Source: Frankineae bacterium MT45
Lineage (GTDB): Bacteria > Actinomycetota > Actinomycetes > Mycobacteriales > Jatrophihabitantaceae
DNA length: 24,000 nucleotides
NCBI GenBank assembly: GCA_900100325.1
Contig: LT629697.1
Location: 1,647,423 to 1,671,422 of the forward strand
Direction of reading: 5' to 3'
Below, in pieces: positions 1-7,910 of the stretch (positions within the stretch are counted from its first letter, which is position 1; every line of letters begins with the position of its first letter). The translations under genes were made by a program, and so were the position numbers. Below the pieces are notes generated by a model. It did not search any database. It had not been told where the DNA came from and saw only the letters and a list, made by a program, of their open reading frames with translations.

Positions 1-1856
1 TGCTTGATCTCGTCCATGTGTGGGGTGTTTGGGCCGTACTCGTTCTTGGCGAAGAGGCCGACGACAGAATTGGCCAGCGGGTCGTGCGCTGCCTTGGCCA
101 GGCCCCCGACGGTGAGGAGCCCGCCCAGGCTGATAAGGCCAGCAAGCGGGCCCCGCAACACGGTGGCCAGCGCCGTGCCGAAGGCGATGACGAGTAGTGC
201 CGCGAAGATCTGTAGCCGCAACGACCGAAACTGTCGACCGACGTTCCAGAGGAACCGTCGCCACAGCCGCTTTCGGCGTGGCACTGTCTTGAGCCGGTCC
301 AGCCGCTCGACGATGTTGTGGGCGAGCGCTGGCCAGATCGCGGCGGCCGACGAGTACTCCCAGGCGTTGAAGGTCACGGTGTAGATGTCCGGCCCGCGGC
401 GCGGCCAGCCGGCCGCTCGTTCCCGCTCCTGCAGCTGGGCGATCCGCTCTTTGATGTGGTTGAGCAGAAAGGACTTTCCTGTGCCCCACGACCCGAATAT
501 CCCGATCGTCAAGGGTGGTCGCAGGTCGGGAGAGCGGATGAGGTGCGCGAAGGCATCGACATAGTGGTGAAATTCGAGTTGATCCTGCTCGGCCACGGCG
601 TCATTACCGGCGCCGATCGCCGTGCCGAGTGGCACCGACTCGGTGAGGATGTCGGTCAGCGCGAGACTGCCGAAGGCGCTCAGCGTGGTCTCGCCGGATG
701 GGGCCGAGTCGCGGATGATCCCGACGACACGGTCTGTACCGACTAGAACCGGGGAACCGGCGACGACGTGCCCCTCCGGAACCGGGTCGGTGAGCAGGAT
801 GGTGAACGAACCGCCCGCGCTGTGATCGCCGGCGGCGATCGTGGCGTGGAGCATCATCGGCTCGGAACCATCCGGCGGCAGGGCCGCTAGCGTGCACTCA
901 CTCCCAGCAACTGCCGTCTCGATCAGGGGTGGCTCTGGCCGGAAGGCCAATGGCTCCGAGAAACTGAGAGTGCGCAGCCAATCCGCGGACCTTCCGAAGC
1001 GTAGGCCGGCGTCGGCCACCGAAAAGGTGTCGGCCGAGGCGAGCGTGACCACGTCGATCCGCGAGCGCGGCGTCGCGGTGACGATGCTGTCGCCGATCAG
1101 GAGGCCCAATCCACCCGCCCGGTAGGCGCCGGTGCCTGCTCTGGAACCGTAGATCGAGACCAGGAACGGCCAACCGGTGAAGTCGGCCGCCGGTGCCGCG
1201 CCCTCCTCAACCGGCGCCGGCGGCGCTGTGGCACTTGCGTCGGTTGGAGTCGCTGTCGGTGTACCGGCCGACGCCGGTGCGCCCTGGGTCGCCGGCGGCG
1301 GGGTTGAGACGGTGGGCGGTGCCTCCCCACTCCTGGTCGGGAAGGCGCGCTCCAACGCCAACTCGTAGTTCCCGTTCCCGTTGATCATCCAGACCCGGAA
1401 GTGATCGGCGATGTCGTCGATACCGATGTTCGGAATGGCATTCCACAGCGAATTTCGTCCGGTGGATTCAGTCCTCAGAAAGGCGCCGAGGATGCAGTCG
1501 GAGTCGATCGCGTCGCGTTTCGCCTCCACTTGCAACTCACCGGCTTCGCCCAGGATCCGGTGAACGCCGTCGGTGAGCGGAGGCTGCTGCGGCAGCGATG
1601 TTGGTGCCGGCACCATGATGTCCAGGGTCTCGTCAACCGACTGCAGCATCCGGTAGATGTCGTTGGCGGAGACGGAGAAGTGACGCAGCAGGTAGTCAAC
1701 CTGACCCTTCTCATCGCTCGCCCGCAGCAGGCCGACCAGGACCGCCCGTGTGCTGATCGGCTGCCCCTTGCTGGCGGCCGCGGCCCACTCGAAGATGCTC
1801 AGCCCATCAGAAGAGAGGGCACCCCACGGCTGCTCGGGCTGATCCGCCATTGCCAT
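1..1856 (-). CDS. KAP-family P-loop NTPase (Clp_N-like repeats + degenerate trypsin-like domain + KAP NTPase with TM insert); 3' end cut by the window edge
   Basis: Absent from the ORF track because this frame has no stop in the window. I read plus-strand triplets 3..1856 in this phase and found no TTA/CTA/TCA. ATG at 1856 (second ATG at 1850), with GGAG at 1863-1866 in minus sense, 6 nt upstream. The translation shows two Clp_N-like repeats (ISTRAVLVGLLR; IDSDCILGAFLR) and a P/A/T-rich linker. A trypsin-fold-like segment follows (GLLIGDSIVTATPRS ... VVAGSPVLVGTDRVVGII). KAP hallmarks come next: LTIGIFGSWGTGKSFLL (Walker A, nt 471-494), VTFNAWEYS, and two hydrophobic helices after the P-loop (LQIFAALLVIAFGTALATVL; LAGLISLGGLLTVGGLA). 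Confidence 0.85.
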   Translation of the reverse strand, partial: MAMADQPEQPWGALSSDGLSIFEWAAAASKGQPISTRAVLVGLLRASDEKGQVDYLLRHFSVSANDIYRMLQSVDETLDIMVPAPTSLPQQPPLTDGVHRILGEAGELQVEAKRDAIDSDCILGAFLRTESTGRNSLWNAIPNIGIDDIADHFRVWMINGNGNYELALERAFPTRSGEAPPTVSTPPPATQGAPASAGTPTATPTDASATAPPAPVEEGAAPAADFTGWPFLVSIYGSRAGTGAYRAGGLGLLIGDSIVTATPRSRIDVVTLASADTFSVADAGLRFGRSADWLRTLSFSEPLAFRPEPPLIETAVAGSECTLAALPPDGSEPMMLHATIAAGDHSAGGSFTILLTDPVPEGHVVAGSPVLVGTDRVVGIIRDSAPSGETTLSAFGSLALTDILTESVPLGTAIGAGNDAVAEQDQLEFHHYVDAFAHLIRSPDLRPPLTIGIFGSWGTGKSFLLNHIKERIAQLQERERAAGWPRRGPDIYTVTFNAWEYSSAAAIWPALAHNIVERLDRLKTVPRRKRLWRRFLWNVGRQFRSLRLQIFAALLVIAFGTALATVLRGPLAGLISLGGLLTVGGLAKAAHDPLANSVVGLFAKNEYGPNTPHMDEIK

Positions 1857-1927
1857 AAGGTACTCCGTCGCCCTGCGAGGCGAGGCGTGATCTATTGCTC
1901 CACGCAATCGCGTATCAGACCGGGGTG

Positions 1928-1957
1928 TTGACCCTCCGGTCGGTGAAGGACCAGTAT
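1928..1957 (+). promoter_or_regulatory. Candidate sigma70-type promoter of the 919-aa gene: TTGACC (1928-1933), 18 bp spacer, CAGTAT (1952-1957)
   Basis: Hexamers read directly in the 173-bp divergent spacer. The -10 keeps A2 and T6. No experimental support. Confidence 0.3.
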
Positions 1958-1972
1958 CGACGCGGCGGGTGT

Positions 1973-1985
1973 CGACGGCCCGTCG
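1973..1985. promoter_or_regulatory. 13-bp palindrome CGACGGcCCGTCG just downstream of the candidate promoter (possible operator or 5'-UTR hairpin)
   Basis: Perfect 6+1+6 inverted repeat seen in the sequence. Short GC-rich palindromes are common by chance in a genome of this composition. Confidence 0.2.
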
Positions 1986-2029
1986 CCGTCGACTGGACGG
2001 GTGGAGCCACTGGCTGACCGGGAGACTCG

Positions 2030-4789
2030 ATGACGAATTCAGTTGAGGGCGATGCCGCACCGGTCGTCCCGGTGACCGGTCCGCCGTCCGAGCAGCCGGT
2101 CGACCTTGGCCTCGGTGGCGCCTGGGGGTTCGGAAAGTCAGATCGGACCAGCCCGGTGAAGGCCGGCCTGGCCGGATCGCTACCCGATGCCGGTACCTTC
2201 GCCGAGGGCCTCAACAGTGTCACCGAACTGCGCATCCACGGCGTCTCGGGCTCGGACGGCCCGACAATCCTTGAACATCCGCAGGCGTTGCAGGTTGGCG
2301 GCGACGCCACCACGATGTTCTACCGGCGCTGGACACCGAGCGGCAGTGGGCCGAGCCGGACGGCCGGACTGAGCGTCCCCTGGCGGCTTGAGGCGTACTC
2401 CTGGGGCGGCCTCACCGAGTCCCCTCTCGCCTCGGCCTCCTGGATCCTGCTCGCCCCGTTCATGCTCTACAACCTGGCTCATTTCGCGCTGCTGCCGTCG
2501 AAGGAGTACACCGCCGAGGTGACGACGAAGGCGGATCCGACGGTGCCGCCGCCAGCCGAGCGGCTCAGCCGTGACGGCAAGCATGCGGTGGCTCAGACAC
2601 TGCTGCGCCTGCTGGCGCTCAGCGCCACCATCGAGTTCATCGTCGCCGTGGTGACGATCTTCCTCAATTCATTCGCCTTTCAAGCCCGGGTGGCCCACTT
2701 CCCGGCCTGGCTCGGCTGGTTCACCCGCTGGACCGTGGGGGAGCGGGCCGCGGCGGCGCTGGTCGCGGTCGCGCTGGTGATCGCGCTGCTCTGGCTCATC
2801 AGTGTGAAGACTGCGCACGCCTACGAACGGCGGACCACCGAGAATCAGCCGGATGTGCGGGCGAATTGGCTCCTCTCCCAGACCCGGTTCTGGAACGGCC
2901 TGGAACTGGTGCGTCGGCAGCGGAGCCTGCATGCCGCCGGGGCCGCCGCGATCACCGCCCTCATCGCGGCCCGTCCCACCCTCGCCCACAACCCCGGTGG
3001 TTACCGGATCTTCGTGAGCATCTTCGCTGGGGCTGTGCTGCTGGCGGTGAGCGTGACCCTCTGCCTGAACCTGGCCGACCGGCATTCAGAGTCTCTGGCC
3101 TTCGACCGTCCGGTGACCAAGTGGACGCAGGCGCCGCCGGCAACCTGGGTCTGCCGCACGCTACTGGCCGCGGCCGGGCTGGCTCTCTTCGCGGCGGCCT
3201 TCACCGGCGGCTGGCCAAGCCCCGACGCCGCCTCCGGCGCCGTGACGCTGCCCGGTCTCACCAACATCTGCCTGAGCGTGCTGATCGCCCAGGTCATACT
3301 TCTCGTGGTGCTGGGAATCAGTGTTTCGCAGGTCAAACGCGCCGCTCCGGTGCTGGGCGCGCGCAGGCCGCCGGGTACCGATCCCTTCTGGCCCCGGCTG
3401 CTGGGGCGCCCGACCAGTGCCCCCGCCCCCGAACGCCGCCAGCTCACCGGTCCCTTCGCCTACGGCCACCTGAGTACCGTCTTCGCCACCCTGGCCGTCT
3501 GCCTCGGTGGGACATTCAGTGCCCTGGTGACGCTCTTCGCGACCCGCCTGGTCGGTACCCCGCTGCCGAGCGGGTCCAGCACCTCGACCGCCGGCATCAG
3601 CCATCCCCTCGAGATTCCCTGGCCGATCTACGCCTTCGCGCTGGAGCCGATCGGGGTCGCGGTCGGGCTGCTCGTCGCGCTGCTCTGGGTGTGGCGCACC
3701 TACGTCAGCAACTGGAAGACCTTCGACCGCGTACCCAAGCGCAACGAGCAGGAGCGGTACTCCGCGATCGCGGACTTCTACGAGTCGCACACCGGGCCGC
3801 CGCCGGCCACCGGCAGTTGGATCGACGATGCCGGGCACAGCAACAACAAGACCCAGGCGGCGAAATCCTGGGCCATCGGGCTGCTCGTCGATCAGGCCGG
3901 TGTAGTCGGCGTCTGCGCGGTCATCGGTGGTGTGCTGGCGACGCTTATCGCCGAGATAGCCGGCGCGGCTGGGGACTCGCCCTTCGGTGCCCAGTTGCAC
4001 GGGTTGGCGGTCGCCGAGAGCCTTCTCGGGCTCTTCCTGGCCGGCGTCGTCGTCGCGATGCTGCGGGCCGACTTCAAAAGCGAGTCGAGCCGCAAGAGCA
4101 TCGGGGCGATCTGGGACGTCGCGACGTTCTGGCCCCGGGCCACCCACCCATTCGCGCCGCCCTGTTACGCCGAACGCGCCATCCCGGAGCTCGTCGATCG
4201 CGTCCGCATCCTCACCCAGACGGTGCCCGACATCAACACTCTGGAGGGGCAGCTCGACCCGGCCACCTGGCAGGTGCAGGATCACCTGCAGAACGAGGCC
4301 CAGCCGCCGATCGGGCCGACCGTCCCCGCTCGCAATGTGCTCCTCACCGGCTACAGCCAGGGGTCGATCATCGCGCCCGCCGTCATCGCGCAACTGCCGC
4401 CGCAGACGATGGATCGGGTCGCGCTGATGACGCTGGCCTGCCCGGCCCGACGCCTCTACGGTCGCGCATTCCCCGCCTATTTCAGGGAATCACAGCTGCG
4501 CACGCTCAACGACCACCTCACTGCCCCGGCGGCCGGTCCGGCCGAGTCCCGCTGGAAGAACCTGGTTCGCCGCACCGACTACATCGGCTCGTGGATCTTC
4601 CGGCCCTTCACCGCCGTTGCCCGTCCGGACTTCAGCGTCGTGAGTGGCGAGGTTGATCAGCCTTGCTGGGACCCGGTGACGATCGCCCACAACCTCGACC
4701 AGGCGCCGCCGCCAACGCAGTTTCACACTGCTTTCTGGCCCGATGTGCGCGCCAACCAGCTCGGCGAACACGTGATCCGCCGCCTCTGA
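2030..4789 (+). CDS. Large polytopic membrane protein with putative split alpha/beta-hydrolase (lipase/esterase-like) domain
   Basis: 919-aa ORF in the track, with GGAG at 2021-2024, 5 nt before the ATG, and high GC3. About 10-11 hydrophobic helices lie between aa ~135 and ~680. The N-terminal ELRIHGVSGS (His70 codon at 2237-2239) resembles the HG oxyanion-hole strand of alpha/beta hydrolases. The C-terminal soluble part has NVLLTGYSQGS (GxSxG; Ser776 codon at 4355-4357), then RRTDYIG (Asp850) and TQFHTAFW (His899). Function is inferred from these motifs only. Confidence 0.88.
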   Translation: MTNSVEGDAAPVVPVTGPPSEQPVDLGLGGAWGFGKSDRTSPVKAGLAGSLPDAGTFAEGLNSVTELRIHGVSGSDGPTILEHPQALQVGGDATTMFYRRWTPSGSGPSRTAGLSVPWRLEAYSWGGLTESPLASASWILLAPFMLYNLAHFALLPSKEYTAEVTTKADPTVPPPAERLSRDGKHAVAQTLLRLLALSATIEFIVAVVTIFLNSFAFQARVAHFPAWLGWFTRWTVGERAAAALVAVALVIALLWLISVKTAHAYERRTTENQPDVRANWLLSQTRFWNGLELVRRQRSLHAAGAAAITALIAARPTLAHNPGGYRIFVSIFAGAVLLAVSVTLCLNLADRHSESLAFDRPVTKWTQAPPATWVCRTLLAAAGLALFAAAFTGGWPSPDAASGAVTLPGLTNICLSVLIAQVILLVVLGISVSQVKRAAPVLGARRPPGTDPFWPRLLGRPTSAPAPERRQLTGPFAYGHLSTVFATLAVCLGGTFSALVTLFATRLVGTPLPSGSSTSTAGISHPLEIPWPIYAFALEPIGVAVGLLVALLWVWRTYVSNWKTFDRVPKRNEQERYSAIADFYESHTGPPPATGSWIDDAGHSNNKTQAAKSWAIGLLVDQAGVVGVCAVIGGVLATLIAEIAGAAGDSPFGAQLHGLAVAESLLGLFLAGVVVAMLRADFKSESSRKSIGAIWDVATFWPRATHPFAPPCYAERAIPELVDRVRILTQTVPDINTLEGQLDPATWQVQDHLQNEAQPPIGPTVPARNVLLTGYSQGSIIAPAVIAQLPPQTMDRVALMTLACPARRLYGRAFPAYFRESQLRTLNDHLTAPAAGPAESRWKNLVRRTDYIGSWIFRPFTAVARPDFSVVSGEVDQPCWDPVTIAHNLDQAPPPTQFHTAFWPDVRANQLGEHVIRRL

Positions 4790-4796
4790 AGCAGCG

Positions 4797-5669
4797 TCAG
4801 TGGCTGCTGTGGCCACCCGGCTCGCTGCCGCCGATCCGGGCCCACCGCGCCTGCGCGAAGGCGAAGAGGCCGAAGGCGATCAGACCGAGCGCGACGACGC
4901 CGAGCAGCCAGCCCCCGTAGGGACGGTCGGCCAGGGTGCGAAGCGCGCCGTCCATCCCGCTCGACTTCTTCGGGTCGAAGGTGATCGCGGCGTCGAGGAC
5001 GAGTAGCCCCGTGATGGCAAAGACGATTCCCCGCGACACCGACCCGGCGAGGCCGAGTCGGAGCACCCAGGTGCGGGTCGGGCCGGTGAGCTCGTCCAGG
5101 CGTAGTTCCTTCTGGAACTTCTTCTTCAGCCCGTCCACGACCATGACGACGCCGACGACCACCAGCACCAGACCGACGAGACCGACCAGCCAGCGACCGA
5201 AGTCGTGCTGCATGACCCGGCCGGTCAGCGTGGTCTCCTTCTGGCTCTGCGGTTGGCGCGACCGCCCCAGGATGAAGGTGACCGTCGAGATACAGAGGGC
5301 CGCGTAGACGATGCCCCGGCCGGCCGACTTCAACCGGCCGCTGGTCTGGTCTCCGTTCACTCCGGTTCCGGCCAGCGCCTCGCTGATTCGCCAGAACGCG
5401 TACCCGGCGAAGCCGACCGCCACCAACCAGAGAAGCGCGACACCGAAGGGGTGACGGGCCACCTCGGCCAGCGCGCCATGCTGATCAGCCTCCTGGGAGG
5501 TGCCACTGCCCCGCCCGACGGCGATCTGCACCGCGATCCAGCCGACGAGCACATAGACGAAGCCGCGGGCCACCAGCCCGAAGCGAGCCAGCCCGTTCAT
5601 CGCCGCACTGCCGGCTACGTCCGCGGTGGCTCGATGGGCGGCGGTGAAGGGTTGTTGGAGTTGCGTCAT
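4797..5669 (-). CDS. DUF1206 domain-containing membrane protein
   Basis: Three tandem ~70-aa two-helix units carry the DUF1206-type signature (LARFGLVARGFVYVLVG; LKSAGRGIVYAAL; LAGSVSRGIVFAITG). Start placed at ATG 5669, which has GAGG 9 nt upstream. The longest ORF begins at ATG 5708. Confidence 0.85.
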   Translation of the reverse strand: MTQLQQPFTAAHRATADVAGSAAMNGLARFGLVARGFVYVLVGWIAVQIAVGRGSGTSQEADQHGALAEVARHPFGVALLWLVAVGFAGYAFWRISEALAGTGVNGDQTSGRLKSAGRGIVYAALCISTVTFILGRSRQPQSQKETTLTGRVMQHDFGRWLVGLVGLVLVVVGVVMVVDGLKKKFQKELRLDELTGPTRTWVLRLGLAGSVSRGIVFAITGLLVLDAAITFDPKKSSGMDGALRTLADRPYGGWLLGVVALGLIAFGLFAFAQARWARIGGSEPGGHSSH

Positions 5670-5780
5670 CTGACTCGGCCTCATCCGGTTGGTTGCTCCA
5701 CAGCTCATACCCGGCAGCGGTGATGCCGAAACTTTTTCCGTCGGCGGCCATCGCCCCTGGTCACTGTTGGGCAGGTCAGG

Positions 5781-7829
5781 GTGCAGGATGGTGACGTGAA
5801 CGACAGTGCAGCAGAGTCCGGCGCCGACGGGCCGGGCGCAGGGAGTGGCCCGAGTGCCCCGGTATTCGGCCCCGAGACCTCGCCGCCGCCCGGCGAGACG
5901 GCGATCAAGGCGACCGATGAGGTAGTGGCCCAGTCGGCGCAGCGCCGCTCCAAGGTGCAGGCCGGGATCACCCTCGCGGCACTCGGCGTCGTCTTCGGTG
6001 ACATCGGCACCAGCCCGCTCTACGGGCTGCAGACCGTCTTCTCAATCGACAATCACGCCGTCCGCCCCACGCCCGACGACGTCTACGGCGTCATCTCGAT
6101 GGTCTTCTGGTCGGTCACCCTGATCGTCTCCATCAAGTACGTCACCATCGTGATGCGCGCCGACAACGACGGGGAGGGCGGCGTCATGGCCCTCGCGGCG
6201 CTGGCCCGCCGGGCCTTCGGGGTCGGATCCCAGCGCACCGTGAAGGTGCTGCTGATGGCCATCATCGGCGCCAGCCTCTTCTACGGCGATTCGGTGATCA
6301 CGCCGGCCATCTCGGTGCTCTCGGCCGTCGAAGGCGTGACGGTGGTGCAGCCGAGCCTGGACGATTGGGTGCTCCCCATCGCCATCACCATCCTGACCTG
6401 TCTCTTCGCCGGACAGCGGTTCGGCACACATAAGGTCGGCGCCCTCTTCGGCCCGGTGATGCTGCTCTGGTTCGCCTGTCTGGCCCTATCCGGACTGCAC
6501 GAAGTGATTCTTCAACCGGGCGTTATTCGCGGAATCTCACCGACGTATGCGGTCTCCTTCATCACCAACCACCCCAAGACGACCTTCATCGCGATGGGGG
6601 CGATCGTCCTCTGCATCACCGGCGCCGAAGCTCTCTATGCGGACATGGGGCACTTCGGACGTCCACCCATCCGCCGGGCCTGGTTCTTCATCGTCTTCCC
6701 GGCCCTCACCCTGCAGTACCTGGGGCAGGGTGGGTTGATTCTGCATACGCCGGAGGCGGTCTCGAACCCGTTCTTCCTGCTGCTGCCGGGGTGGGCCCGG
6801 CTGCCAATGGTGGTGCTCGCCACCGCGGCCACCGTCATCGCCTCTCAGGCCGTCATCTCCGGTGCATTCTCGGTCTCCCGGCAGGCCAGCCAACTCGGGC
6901 TGCTGCCGACGCTGACCGTGCGGCAGACTTCGGACGCCTCGGCCGGTCAGGTGTACCTACCGGTGATCAATGCCGTGCTTTTTGTGGGCGTTCTGGTACT
7001 GATGCTCCTCTTCCGAACCTCGGCCCGGTTGGCCACCGCCTACGGCGTCTCGGTCACCGGCGCGCTGCTCATCGACACCATCCTGCTCCTCTTCGTCGCC
7101 CGCGGGCGCTGGCATTGGGCCACCTGGAAACTGGTGCTCTTCGCCGTCGTCTTCGGTGGCATCGAGTTCACCTTCTTCTCGGCCAACCTGACCAAGATCG
7201 CCCACGGTGGCTGGTTGCCACTACTGATCGCGACGCTGGTCTTTACGGTGATGACGACCTGGCGACGCGGGCGGGACATCGTGACCGACAACCGGATCTC
7301 CTCCGAGGGGCCCCTGATGGAGTTCATCGACGAGATGAAGGCGCAGCATGTCCTGCGCATTCCAGGGACGGCCGTCTTCCCACATCCGTCGAAGGAGACG
7401 ACCCCGCTGGCGCTGCGAGCCAACGTCACCCACAACGGTGTGCTGCACCGAACCGTCATCATCTTCTCGGCCGAACCGCGCAACGTCCCGCACATCGACC
7501 CCAGCGACCAGGTGACGATCGATCACCTCGGATCGGAGACGGACGGGATTGTGCACGTGACGATGCGCTACGGCTTCTTCGACGCGCCCAATATCCCCGA
7601 GGTGCTGGCCCGCACCAGCCGGCCCGGAGTCGCGGAGTTCGACCTGGATCCGTCCCAGACCTCCTACTTCGTGTCGCGGGCGAGTCTCAGCGTGACCCGG
7701 GCGCCCGGCATGTCGCGCTGGCGCAAGAAGCTCTTCATCACCCTCGCCCGCAACGCGGCGAACCCGGTCGGGTTCTTCGACCTCCCCGAGGATCAGACCG
7801 TCATCATGGGGTCGCAGGTCGAGGTGTGA
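5781..7829 (+). CDS. kup: KUP/HAK/KT family potassium transporter
   Basis: 682-aa ORF with the Kup signature LGVVFGDIGTSPLY, a multi-helix membrane domain and a soluble C-terminal domain. GTG start at 5781 (alternative in-frame GTG at 5796), giving an N-terminal G/P/A-rich extension. Confidence 0.95.
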   Translation: MQDGDVNDSAAESGADGPGAGSGPSAPVFGPETSPPPGETAIKATDEVVAQSAQRRSKVQAGITLAALGVVFGDIGTSPLYGLQTVFSIDNHAVRPTPDDVYGVISMVFWSVTLIVSIKYVTIVMRADNDGEGGVMALAALARRAFGVGSQRTVKVLLMAIIGASLFYGDSVITPAISVLSAVEGVTVVQPSLDDWVLPIAITILTCLFAGQRFGTHKVGALFGPVMLLWFACLALSGLHEVILQPGVIRGISPTYAVSFITNHPKTTFIAMGAIVLCITGAEALYADMGHFGRPPIRRAWFFIVFPALTLQYLGQGGLILHTPEAVSNPFFLLLPGWARLPMVVLATAATVIASQAVISGAFSVSRQASQLGLLPTLTVRQTSDASAGQVYLPVINAVLFVGVLVLMLLFRTSARLATAYGVSVTGALLIDTILLLFVARGRWHWATWKLVLFAVVFGGIEFTFFSANLTKIAHGGWLPLLIATLVFTVMTTWRRGRDIVTDNRISSEGPLMEFIDEMKAQHVLRIPGTAVFPHPSKETTPLALRANVTHNGVLHRTVIIFSAEPRNVPHIDPSDQVTIDHLGSETDGIVHVTMRYGFFDAPNIPEVLARTSRPGVAEFDLDPSQTSYFVSRASLSVTRAPGMSRWRKKLFITLARNAANPVGFFDLPEDQTVIMGSQVEV

Positions 7830-7910
7830 TCACGGCCGGATGCCCGGTCCCCCGGTGCGCCATGCTCTTTGGATGAGGCCGTTGCGCGGGGCGACGACTA
7901 GCGTGGCGAC

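Noticed and set aside
4-1931. About a dozen short ORFs (60-176 aa) listed by the track on both strands across 4-1931
   Set aside because: All lie out of frame over the long minus-strand KAP NTPase frame, which I verified as stop-free from 3 to 1856. Their translations are Arg/Pro/Gly-rich shadow products typical of high-GC DNA.
2866-4656. 596-aa plus-strand ORF and 410-aa minus-strand ORF (3161-4393) inside the 919-aa gene
   Set aside because: These are alternative-frame and antisense shadows. Their composition is extremely Arg/Gly/Pro-rich with no motifs, whereas the 2030-4789 frame has coherent TM helices, catalytic-type motifs and an SD.
5670-5780. Possible riboswitch (for example c-di-AMP class) upstream of kup
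   Set aside because: The spacer is only ~110 nt and is shared with the divergent DUF1206 gene. I could not recognise the conserved helices or pseudo-two-fold architecture of that class. Only a weak 5-bp hairpin is present.
6791-7876. 361-aa plus-strand ORF overlapping the 3' half of kup
   Set aside because: It is out of frame with the clearly recognisable Kup protein, and its translation is Arg/Gly/His-rich.
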